A stretch of DNA of 61,983 nt, the filler included, from Globobulimina sp. (lineage: Eukaryota), in the NCBI GenBank assembly GCA_003354225.1. It is 15 parts of 15 records of this genome, joined end to end, with 100 filler letters (N's around TTAATTAATTAA, not from the genome) between each part and the next. Parts side by side here need not be neighbours in the genome. Positions count along the whole stretch, not along the records: positions 45,544 to 49,579 come from PIVH01001703.1; positions 49,680 to 53,714 come from PIVH01001704.1; positions 53,815 to 57,849 come from PIVH01001705.1; 12 more parts are not named here. One strand, given 5' to 3'. Both the position numbers and the translations under genes were made by a program. The notes below the pieces were generated by a model, which was not told the origin of the DNA, searched no databases, and saw nothing but the letters and a program-made list of their open reading frames with translations. Each line of letters opens with the position of its first letter. Position 1 is the first letter of the stretch. Below are positions 45,759-53,922 of this stretch, piece by piece.

Positions 45759-47096
45759 TTATTGATGATAATAAACAGTTTTGATCATATTTTGCATGGC
45801 ATAGCCACCTTCCAGCGAGTATGTGAAGCATTTTTCGTACTGTAGAAATACTAAACCAACAACTCCTCTGGGCAATTCTTCTTTAAACTTCACTTCCACG
45901 CTTAGTTGTCCTGAAGGGTCAGGTCTGAGATTGTCACAACAAAATACTCCATAGTGTCCGGCAAAGTCTTGTGCTCTGATTCCAATTGGTTCACCAGTTT
46001 TGAAAGCTTTCGTCGTTTGAATCAATGACATATAGCTTTCAGCATAATCATTATTCTCAAAATCCATTTCGAAAGGCTTTTCCATAATAGGTTTATTGTT
46101 AATATAAAATTGCAACCAACTTAGTTTGTACATTGATGATGGAAAAATCATAGGATTGTTCTCCCAGTTCTTGCCATTGATACTGTCCTCATCACATATA
46201 GCAAAATATATACGTCTTGGAGCACCGCTACCTGGTATCATCTGACGCCAGCTTTGAAATCCTTTACCAATGTTAAAAAATCGTGGCTTTGTTTCTGTAA
46301 ACGGGTATTGTGCAGGAAGCTTCTTGGCTAATAGTTTATCCACACTGCGAAGAATATCTTCATATAATATGGCACGTCCCACAATCAATTTGCAGTCATT
46401 GATAACAACTTTGTATGTATCCGTTATTTTACTACCAAAGAATCGTTCATCGGTTCGTATTAAACAGTTTGCATCTGAGTTTGGTTTCAAAACGATTTGA
46501 ACATCAATGTTGGGAAGAAGAGGTTTCGTTGTTGTGAAAAAATTGTGGTTCAGCTGGCCATACAATTTTAAATGACGACTTTTTGCTATCCTCCAATGAC
46601 GCATTGCACTATTATCTGCTGGATATCCACGATCTTTGTGCCAAACAATAGAATCTGCCAAGATGTCATCCAGAAAGTTATCACTGTTGTTAAGGAGACG
46701 ATGCAACAGAGCAGTTTGGGGATTGTAAGTATTATCGGTTGCAATCATTTGTTCGTTGATCTGTACTGTCACATTAAAAAACAATGCATCGAAAAAGTCA
46801 TTACAAGGTTGTATTTTGCCTTCATCCTCAACAGTCAAGTCTTGGCCATTTTCTTTGAATACTTGTACATCTACTTTGACAAAACAGTTTCTGAGATCTG
46901 TACAATATTCGCGGTCTCGTGGGATATTGAATATAAAGTCTCGTCCTTGACCATATGCAGGTCGGAATTCTTCATAGAATGTACGCTTTATACACTTGTC
47001 TTCATCAGGAAGTTGATCAAAAATGTTCAATGGACCATTGGGATCATTATTTTCATCATCTACAGAGTATGACAAATTTCGCATACGTTTCATCAT
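45759..47096 (-). CDS. Polinton/Maverick-type double-jelly-roll major capsid protein (PY/hexon-like), 445 aa from first ATG
   Basis: Motifs in the order typical of Maverick MCPs: TDLRNCFVKVDVQV, PCNDFFDALFFNVTVQINEQ, YNPQTALLHRLLN, LYGQLNHNFF..KPLLPNIDVQIVL, PRRIYFAI..SING..NNPMIF, YAESYMSL and GQLSVEVKF..LP..VVGLVF. Confidence 0.88.
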   Translation of the reverse strand: MMKRMRNLSYSVDDENNDPNGPLNIFDQLPDEDKCIKRTFYEEFRPAYGQGRDFIFNIPRDREYCTDLRNCFVKVDVQVFKENGQDLTVEDEGKIQPCNDFFDALFFNVTVQINEQMIATDNTYNPQTALLHRLLNNSDNFLDDILADSIVWHKDRGYPADNSAMRHWRIAKSRHLKLYGQLNHNFFTTTKPLLPNIDVQIVLKPNSDANCLIRTDERFFGSKITDTYKVVINDCKLIVGRAILYEDILRSVDKLLAKKLPAQYPFTETKPRFFNIGKGFQSWRQMIPGSGAPRRIYFAICDEDSINGKNWENNPMIFPSSMYKLSWLQFYINNKPIMEKPFEMDFENNDYAESYMSLIQTTKAFKTGEPIGIRAQDFAGHYGVFCCDNLRPDPSGQLSVEVKFKEELPRGVVGLVFLQYEKCFTYSLEGGYAMQNMIKTVYYHQ

Positions 47097-47185
47097 CACA
47101 CAGAGAATTTCAGCCACACAACCGCACAGGAAAATAATATATTAACAATGGTCAATGTTTCAAAGCCATGGCTTTAAGGTTGAGT

Positions 47186-47204
47186 TGACCTAGTGACCTA
47201 CTTT
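47186..47204 (-). promoter_or_regulatory. RevDR2/RORE-like nuclear-receptor element AAAGT-AGGTCA-CT-AGGTCA upstream of the MCP
   Basis: Plus strand reads TGACCTAGTGACCTACTTT, ~90 nt upstream of the MCP ATG. Confidence 0.45.
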
Positions 47205-47220
47205 TTGGAGCCGATACTAA

Positions 47221-47233
47221 CGCCACCTAGTGA
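47221..47233. promoter_or_regulatory. CTCF-like motif CGCCACCTAGTGA, left bracket of the array
   Basis: 12/13 inverted match to TCACTAGTTGGCG at 47794-47806; resembles the CTCF core CCACTAG(G/A)TGGCGC. Confidence 0.4.
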
Positions 47234-47265
47234 GAAACATGGTTTGTACCAGAAATGTAAGTTGA

Positions 47266-47752
47266 GATCCACAAATTTGTGGATCATCATCAGTTTTAAA
47301 CCAGATATTTAAGTTGAGATCCACAAATTTGAGGATCAACGACTGTTTTATAGCAAATAACTGCAATGAGATCCACAAATTTGTGGATCAACGTTTGTTT
47401 TACAGTGGATTTTGTGTTAAGATCCACAAATTTGTGGATCAATAGCCGTTTTTATAGCAAATAACTGCATTGAGATCCACAAATTTGTGGATCAACATCT
47501 ATTTTATAGCAAAGAACTGCATTGAGATCCACAAATTTGTGGATCAACGTTTGTTTCACAGTGTATTTTGTGTCGAGATCCACAAATTTGTGGATCAATA
47601 GCTGTTTTAGAGTATATATCTGTGTTGAGATCAAGAAATTTGTGGATCAATTTCTGTTTTATAGCAGATGTTTGTGTTGAAATCCACAAATTTGTGGATC
47701 TACATCCATGTAACAGCAGCTATCAGTGCTTAGATACACATATTTGAGGATC
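47266..47752. repeat. Array of ten 20-bp palindromes (consensus GATCCACAAATTTGTGGATC) at 51-53 bp period
   Basis: Starts at 47266, 47318, 47370, 47421, 47474, 47526, 47577, 47629, 47681 and 47733. The 31-33 nt spacers are mutually related. Confidence 0.95.
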
Positions 47753-47793
47753 AATTTCTGCTTTATTGTAGAATATATCACTTTGATTTAACG

Positions 47794-47806
47794 TCACTAG
47801 TTGGCG
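47794..47806. promoter_or_regulatory. CTCF-like motif TCACTAGTTGGCG, right bracket of the array; TATA-like TATTTAAA follows at ~47818
   Basis: Inverted partner of 47221-47233. Confidence 0.4.
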
Positions 47807-47889
47807 CTGGGGTAGTTTATTTAAAAGTCTAAAAATTAGCCTGGAGCACATTGTTTATTTATGCTTGGTTTGTGCGGTTGTGTTCTGCG

Positions 47890-48240
47890 ATGGCTGCTGT
47901 TTTTCAATGTATCAAATGCAAGGAAGGTTTTGCTCATTTGACTAACCTCATAAGACATGCCTCTGTACATGAAAGCCTTGATTCGTGTCACGAATGTCCA
48001 CACTGTGGTTTTGTATCCAGAAGAAATGATAGCTTAAAACGACATATTGACAACTATCATAATCAAATTCATACTGAAATGGTTGAATCTAAAGACCCAG
48101 ATTCTGCAAATGACAATGACAACTATATAGATAATGTTTCCCCCTATCCAACGTGGCCTGTTGCGGCGGCCTCCTCTCCCCCTGACAAACAACCAACTTA
48201 TCCTGTTCATATATCAAATGAGCAAATGCCAAGACAGTAA
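47890..48240 (+). CDS. Small C2H2 zinc-finger protein (two fingers, 116 aa)
   Basis: FQCIKCKEGFAHLTNLIRHASVH and HECPHCGFVSRRNDSLKRHIDNYH. ATG at 47890; the stop TAA overlaps the next ATG. Confidence 0.85.
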   Translation: MAAVFQCIKCKEGFAHLTNLIRHASVHESLDSCHECPHCGFVSRRNDSLKRHIDNYHNQIHTEMVESKDPDSANDNDNYIDNVSPYPTWPVAAASSPPDKQPTYPVHISNEQMPRQ

Positions 48241-49383
48241 TGTCAATGGCCTTTGACAAACGCTTCCTACTACCGCACAACTTTCTCTATATTGGTGCTA
48301 CACAAAGTGTAAGTTTATAATATGATCTGCTTCTCCGAATATAATATTTATGTATTACAGGGCAAAACTTCGTTGCTGATCAAAACACTGGAAAATGCTA
48401 GCAAAATGTACAATCCTGTACCCACACGAATATTCTTTTTATATAGCTGTAAGTTTACATTTAGTTATTGTTACATGTTACACAAAATAATAGAATAAGC
48501 TATATTTGTAGGTTTTCAACAAATTTACGAAACACTGCAAGAAAAGTTACATGCCCAAAGCATAATGTGTCAATTCGTCAAGGCTTCTACAGTTTCTGAA
48601 TCAGATATTGAGGCCATGGCTGACCCAAATGGAGGGCAAACTCTGATTATTATTGATGACAGCTCTATTTCGGCTGCCAGCAGCCCTCAAGTTGCTCAAG
48701 TTTTTACAATGGCTCGGCATAAAAACTGTAGTATTATACTACTTTTACATTTTATATTTGGCCCATGGCCAAGTGCCAGGATAATATCGGCAAACACAGC
48801 TTACTTCCTGCTGATGAAATCTCCCCGACTGACAAAACAGGTGTCGATCTTAGGTTCACAACTCGGGAGACAGAAAACTCTTGTTTCGGCCTATGAACGT
48901 GAAATGAAAAAGTCATATGGTTATGTCCTATTGGACTTGTGTACTGCCACTCCAGATTATCTTCGTGTACGAACTGACATTTTCGAAGAAAACTCCAAAC
49001 ATATCACAACTGTTCAAACACAGCCTACTCCAGTAAAAGCTTCATATTCACAAGACGAAGCTGGATATTCCGTAAATGAGGGCAAAAAGCCTTTAGATGA
49101 CAATTTAGTTACGGTCCCAAACCTGGCCACTGCTGAGAAACCAAAAAGAACCTGGGTAAAGTGGGGAGATGATCCAGAAACACCAGACCTTAACAGCGTT
49201 TTGAAATCGAAGAGACTATGGGTTAAAGGTCAACGAAAGACTCGAAAACCGAAAGAAGTAAAGAAAAAGCAAAAAGTAAAAATGGGGGCAAAAATTACAG
49301 AGGACGATGAAGACCTGCTATACTTGGCAAAAATAACAAAACGTTATGGATCCTGGGCTAATAATAAGAAAACAGGATGGTAA
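48240..49383 (+). CDS. A32/FtsK-HerA-type genome-packaging ATPase of Polinton type; exons 48240-48308, 48361-48448 and 48512-49383 (342 aa)
   Basis: GTAAGT..AG introns at 48309-48360 and 48449-48511 give FDKRFLLPHNFLYIGATQS|GKT (Walker A), PVPTRILFLYSCFQQIY, LIIIDD (Walker B), FTMARHKNCSII, ISANTAYFLLMKSPR and YGYVLLDL..TPDYLRVRTDIF. Confidence 0.92.
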
Positions 49384-49460
49384 TGCGCTCAATGATTAAA
49401 CAAAATGTTTTGACACTGTGATCAAGTATATGTAACTGTATGTATGTATTATGTTATTAT

Positions 49461-49579
49461 TATTGTTTGTGTATAGAATATAGAAAGAAAACTAAAAAGT
49501 GTATTGCTATTGTACAGAATATATAAAGAAAACTAAAAACGTGTTTATGGTATAATAAAATTTGTATATAAAAGCCTGA
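49461..49579. repeat. Right inverted repeat (119 bp), containing AATAAA at 49554-49559
   Basis: Reverse complement of 45544-45662. Confidence 0.95.
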
Positions 49580-49748
49580 NNNNNNNNNNNNNNNNNNNNN
49601 NNNNNNNNNNNNNNNNNNNNNNNTTAATTAATTAANNNNNNNNNNNNNNNNNNNNNNNNNNNNNNNNNNNNNNNNNNNNATCCATTTTATGCACCTGTAC
49701 AAGTGCATAATTCCTGTGAAGAATATTATTTGTCTCTTTGTTTGTCTC

Positions 49749-49903
49749 AACGATATATTCCAAAAGATAAACCCCCCCCCTGGGTTTGTTCTGTGTTGTT
49801 ATAACTTTGTCTTGGGTTTGCAAATCCAGAACAAAGTCATAACAAATTTATAATTGAATTTTCGGTATACAAAGGGGGGGGTTATCTTTTGGAATATATC
49901 GTT
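49749..49903. mobile_element. MITE-like 155-bp element, family C, with ~30-bp terminal inverted repeats and an inner hairpin
   Basis: AACGATATATTCCAAAAGATAA(A)C-run at the left end, G-run TTATCTTTTGGAATATATCGTT at the right end. Inner TTGTTATAACTTTGT..ACAAAGTCATAACAA. Homologous arm at 33827. Confidence 0.6.
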
Positions 49904-50057
49904 CAGTGGGAAGTGGAAATTGATATACAACAAAAACAAACTACAATTCATATTGATAAAACTAATAATAATTAATAGTTATGAGACACACACAAAATAA
50001 TGATATTATACAAAATATTATACAGATATTATAGTTAATGATATTATACAAAATATG

Positions 50058-53000
50058 TTAAAAATTTTCATATGTTGATTCTGATAATGTTGAAAATTGA
50101 AGTTTATCGGTTTTTGCACTTGAGGCAGAGCCATGTGTTGTTGGTTTAACATGCATTAATTCAATATTCCGCTGCGTTGCTTCAAAATCTTGAGTTAAAT
50201 TTGCTTGATGCTCCAATACTTTTTTAAATTGTTTATCTTTTCTACAATAGAGACATATTAATACGCCGCAACATGCAAACACACAACAAATAAACACGCC
50301 GACACCAATTAAAATAAATACATAATACGCTTCTAAAACTGCAACAAATGAATCTTTTGATTGGGAATCTGCTTTCTGATTATCAGTAGTATGAATAATA
50401 TTATCTCGTGTAATCATTGTTGTTTCCGTTGTTTTTGAAACTGAATTTGGTGGAAACGTTGAAATACTGCTTGGCGAGGCATGGTCACTCAATGTTGGAT
50501 TATAAGTAATGAACGACTCGGTTGGTGAAGCTGAAGCAGTCAATGTTGGATTGTTCGGGGACTGTGTTGGTGTTGCAGTTGGATCATTTGTAGTAGCCAT
50601 TATTGGACTGTTTGTCGGATATTTGGATGGATTATTGGTTGGCAAATTGGATGGATAATGCGATGGAGCATTAGAAGGGATATCTGTGGGTATTGTTGTT
50701 GGAGAATAGGTCATGGATTGTGATGGAATTTGAAAATTACAAAATTCTTTGTCATCAACATATGAATTAATAAAGGCGGCATCCAATATATTAATATAAC
50801 TTACACATTTACAATCATCTGAGCTCATATATTTACAGCTATCGCCATAATAATAGTTCAATTTCCAATGATCATCCAATGTGACCAAATCTGAACAGGT
50901 CAAATACCAATAATCAAAACATGTGGTTATATTTCTACACAAACCGCAACCATTAAAATATATAATCCAATCATCAAAACCAGAGTCAGTGTCCAAATTT
51001 AATGAGAAACAACCGGCACCGAAACAATTTAAATATGCATTTCTATCGTATGGATATGCTGTATCTTTAGCTGGTGCTTGCATTGTGGATGAAAAACAGG
51101 TATACATAGTGACCTCATTCGATACACAGGTTAAGTTATATGCATTGCTATGCGCTGCAAAGATATGCCCATAATATAAAGCTCTGTCTCCAAATGCTAA
51201 AATATTGACTGTATTTGCATTGTCGCCATGGATTTCATTATGGGAACATGCATAATCACCAAAGCATTGCCAATTAATATACGATGATATATATGAACCA
51301 TATAAACTCAAATGATTGCATGCTGGCTCATTGTTGGAATTATATGATAAACATCGAACATTTGCAATACTGGAATGCTGGACATATAGTAAGAGATAAT
51401 TGCAAGCACTGTTAGTTAAACAATTTAATGATAGATTACTAATATTTTGTGCATATAATACAATATTATTACAAGAATAATTTTTAAAACAATTGATATT
51501 AATTTCATTTGACTTATTGCCATATAGTACTAAATTATTACACGAATAGGCATCATAACAATTAACCTCAATCATACTTGAATTAACACCATATAATATA
51601 GTCTGATCACATGCATTATGTTCATAACAATTTATAGATATATCTTGACTGAAATTCGCATAGATTTCAACATGAACGCAGGCGCTCTCATATTGACAGT
51701 CAATTTTCATGCTTTGATAAAATCCAACATATATTTGAGTATAATTACAGACTGACGCATAATTGATGCTGTTACATTTAATTTTGCAGTAATTATAAAA
51801 AGGACAATATATTAACGTTTTTAAACACGACTCATTGCATAAAACACTTAATGACGTAGATGCTGCGCCGGTTATCGCGCGCTCAGAACATCCATTTGCT
51901 TCATTGCTGCAATCCACATTACAATTTATATCGGACCCGCAAAGAATATCTGGTTTTTCTAATACACACTCATTCACTGTGTCATATGATTCTTGTACTG
52001 AATTAATCAATGATTCACAGCCACAATTTGAATTACTGCAGGTTTTGCCATCAAAAACACTCTGTATATTACCAGCTCCGCACGATATATTCCAATAGAA
52101 AACACTGTTCCGCATGTTTTGGCATTCTTGACAACCATTTATGCTGACATTCCAATCCATAATTCCTTGGGCAGAGTAAATATTTAATGTATTACAGCCA
52201 TAAGCTTCGCAATTTAACACATTCGAGTTTGCATTTCCATAAAATACAGTTTTCCAACACGCATCTACAAAATGGGCAGAATATCTCGACCCGCACGATA
52301 CAGCAAACACATTGGAATTCTGTGCATTTATTATCCCCTTAATATCCGCTTGGGTGCCAATCATAACTGTCGTCACATTGCGTGCATTTTGTGCGTTAAT
52401 GGTGGAATTGACACAGGCTGCCGTACCGTCACAAAGTAAATTTAAATTCTCTTGATATTGTGAATCGATATTTAAATGGTAACAAGTTCCTGTAAACGTA
52501 TCAGATTCCGCTGTAAGTTTGAAATTTTTGATATAAAACGCCGTCTCGTCTTGTACGCCCAGTGCATGCGCATAGACATAAAACCTTATTACTACATTTG
52601 TATTATAATTACACTTTGCTGGCAACGAGAATTGTTTATGAATAACAGTGCCATATTCGACAATGGTGTATCCATTCTGCGTAGAACAGCTATCTCTGCC
52701 TGGATAGCAATATTTACTCATTGTAACATATCCAGCACCGCAGTCATATTGAAATGCTGCGTACCCAAAAGAATACGAATTATATATATCATGCGCAAAA
52801 TCGACATGTAAAACAATATTTAATTGATATCTCAAATCAAACGACTTATACATAGAATGAGATGCCGTCGCGGATTGTGTAGCCGGTCTGGCAGACACTT
52901 CAACGCATTTATGTCCAGTATCTGGACAGTAGTTAACATTCGTTACAAATGCAGCCGAACCAGAACCAGACGAATGCCAATTATTAAAATTATTGTCGGT

Positions 53001-53714
53001 GAAGGTGGATATGAATGTTTTTGGAAGCAAAAGTTGTTCATTAATATACCCATTTGCTACACAATCGATATTGCAATTTATGGTATTATCTGCATATAAT
53101 TGTAAGTAAGTACAAGACAGGAAATTGGAACAAAACAAATTCATTTCATTATCATCATAGGAATATATAGTTGCTTGCCAACAACTGTATGGATCGACGC
53201 AGCCAACAGTACAATTATATGGATCTCCGCCATATTTATGAACCATGTTTCTGGGACAAAAAATTACCGCATCCTGGCAACCACCGGAACTCTGATCTGT
53301 AGAATTACAAATAACATTTAATGAGCTCGCATTCACGGCATCAATTACTTTATTTGCGCAGCCTAATGAACCATACATATGCACACAATCAATGGTACAG
53401 CTTCCATGATCAATATTGTTGTCGCATACAATGTCGCCATATAACCACGGACAGCAACGTTTTATATCGCATTCGAATTCTTGCGTTGTTGCGTTATAAA
53501 ACAAATGCGATGTTCCTCGAGTTGGACAAATAAAACTGACACTGCCTACAGATGTTGTAGTGGCTGTAAAATCGAAATAATCCAACACATAGTCGTCATA
53601 AATATGCACTTTTATACCATAACAACCTGCGGCAGCACAGGAGAGTGCAGTTGAATGATAATTGTCGGTATTTGGATAAATGTCCACAGATGCACAGGAT
53701 TGCGTATTTGCGCC
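50058..53714 (-). CDS. Large Cys-rich repeat cell-surface protein with PT stalk and TM helix; 5' end off-contig
   Basis: Repeats of the form I.C....AC....IY, a PTNxPS stalk and TM segment YYVFILIGVGVFICCVFACCGVLICLY. Confidence 0.85.
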   Translation of the reverse strand, partial: GANTQSCASVDIYPNTDNYHSTALSCAAAGCYGIKVHIYDDYVLDYFDFTATTTSVGSVSFICPTRGTSHLFYNATTQEFECDIKRCCPWLYGDIVCDNNIDHGSCTIDCVHMYGSLGCANKVIDAVNASSLNVICNSTDQSSGGCQDAVIFCPRNMVHKYGGDPYNCTVGCVDPYSCWQATIYSYDDNEMNLFCSNFLSCTYLQLYADNTINCNIDCVANGYINEQLLLPKTFISTFTDNNFNNWHSSGSGSAAFVTNVNYCPDTGHKCVEVSARPATQSATASHSMYKSFDLRYQLNIVLHVDFAHDIYNSYSFGYAAFQYDCGAGYVTMSKYCYPGRDSCSTQNGYTIVEYGTVIHKQFSLPAKCNYNTNVVIRFYVYAHALGVQDETAFYIKNFKLTAESDTFTGTCYHLNIDSQYQENLNLLCDGTAACVNSTINAQNARNVTTVMIGTQADIKGIINAQNSNVFAVSCGSRYSAHFVDACWKTVFYGNANSNVLNCEAYGCNTLNIYSAQGIMDWNVSINGCQECQNMRNSVFYWNISCGAGNIQSVFDGKTCSNSNCGCESLINSVQESYDTVNECVLEKPDILCGSDINCNVDCSNEANGCSERAITGAASTSLSVLCNESCLKTLIYCPFYNYCKIKCNSINYASVCNYTQIYVGFYQSMKIDCQYESACVHVEIYANFSQDISINCYEHNACDQTILYGVNSSMIEVNCYDAYSCNNLVLYGNKSNEININCFKNYSCNNIVLYAQNISNLSLNCLTNSACNYLLLYVQHSSIANVRCLSYNSNNEPACNHLSLYGSYISSYINWQCFGDYACSHNEIHGDNANTVNILAFGDRALYYGHIFAAHSNAYNLTCVSNEVTMYTCFSSTMQAPAKDTAYPYDRNAYLNCFGAGCFSLNLDTDSGFDDWIIYFNGCGLCRNITTCFDYWYLTCSDLVTLDDHWKLNYYYGDSCKYMSSDDCKCVSYINILDAAFINSYVDDKEFCNFQIPSQSMTYSPTTIPTDIPSNAPSHYPSNLPTNNPSKYPTNSPIMATTNDPTATPTQSPNNPTLTASASPTESFITYNPTLSDHASPSSISTFPPNSVSKTTETTMITRDNIIHTTDNQKADSQSKDSFVAVLEAYYVFILIGVGVFICCVFACCGVLICLYCRKDKQFKKVLEHQANLTQDFEATQRNIELMHVKPTTHGSASSAKTDKLQFSTLSESTYENF

Positions 53715-53922
53715 NNNNNNNNNNNNNNNNNNNNNNNNNNNNNNNNNNNNNNNNNNNNTTAATTAATTAANNNNNNNNNNNNNNNNNNNNNNNNNNNNNN
53801 NNNNNNNNNNNNNNTAATTTGGAGTTATTATACATCACCGAAACTATCCTATAGTGCTTAGTGTCAGGTGGTAAAACCCACTTTTCGTTGCTGAGTAAAA
53901 CAAGTGATATATTAACAGTATT

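Larger units (their letters stand above)
45544..49579. mobile_element. Compact Polinton/Maverick (adintovirus)-type virion module bounded by inverted repeats
   Basis: Perfect 119-bp terminal inverted repeats enclose an MCP, a C2H2 protein, a packaging ATPase and a palindromic array. Confidence 0.88.

Noticed and set aside
46270-47137. Plus-strand ORFs antisense to the capsid gene
   Set aside because: They are shadow ORFs without recognisable motifs, like most short antisense ORFs in the track.
47452-47689. Short ORFs inside the palindromic array
   Set aside because: They are repetitive translations of the array with non-ATG starts and no coding signal.
47266-47752. CRISPR array (palindromic repeats with ~32-nt spacers)
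   Set aside because: The spacers are homologous to each other, the repeat is a full 20-bp palindrome, no cas genes are present, and the context is a spliced eukaryotic virus-like element.
45544-49579. Complete autonomous Polinton, adenovirus or bidnavirus
   Set aside because: There is no pPolB, integrase, protease or penton. The capsid protein is Maverick-type in size and motifs, not an adenoviral hexon or parvovirus-like capsid.
41408-53714. Viral module integrated between the flanking protist genes
   Set aside because: The flanks are separate contigs joined by linkers, so no integration junction or target-site duplication is observable.
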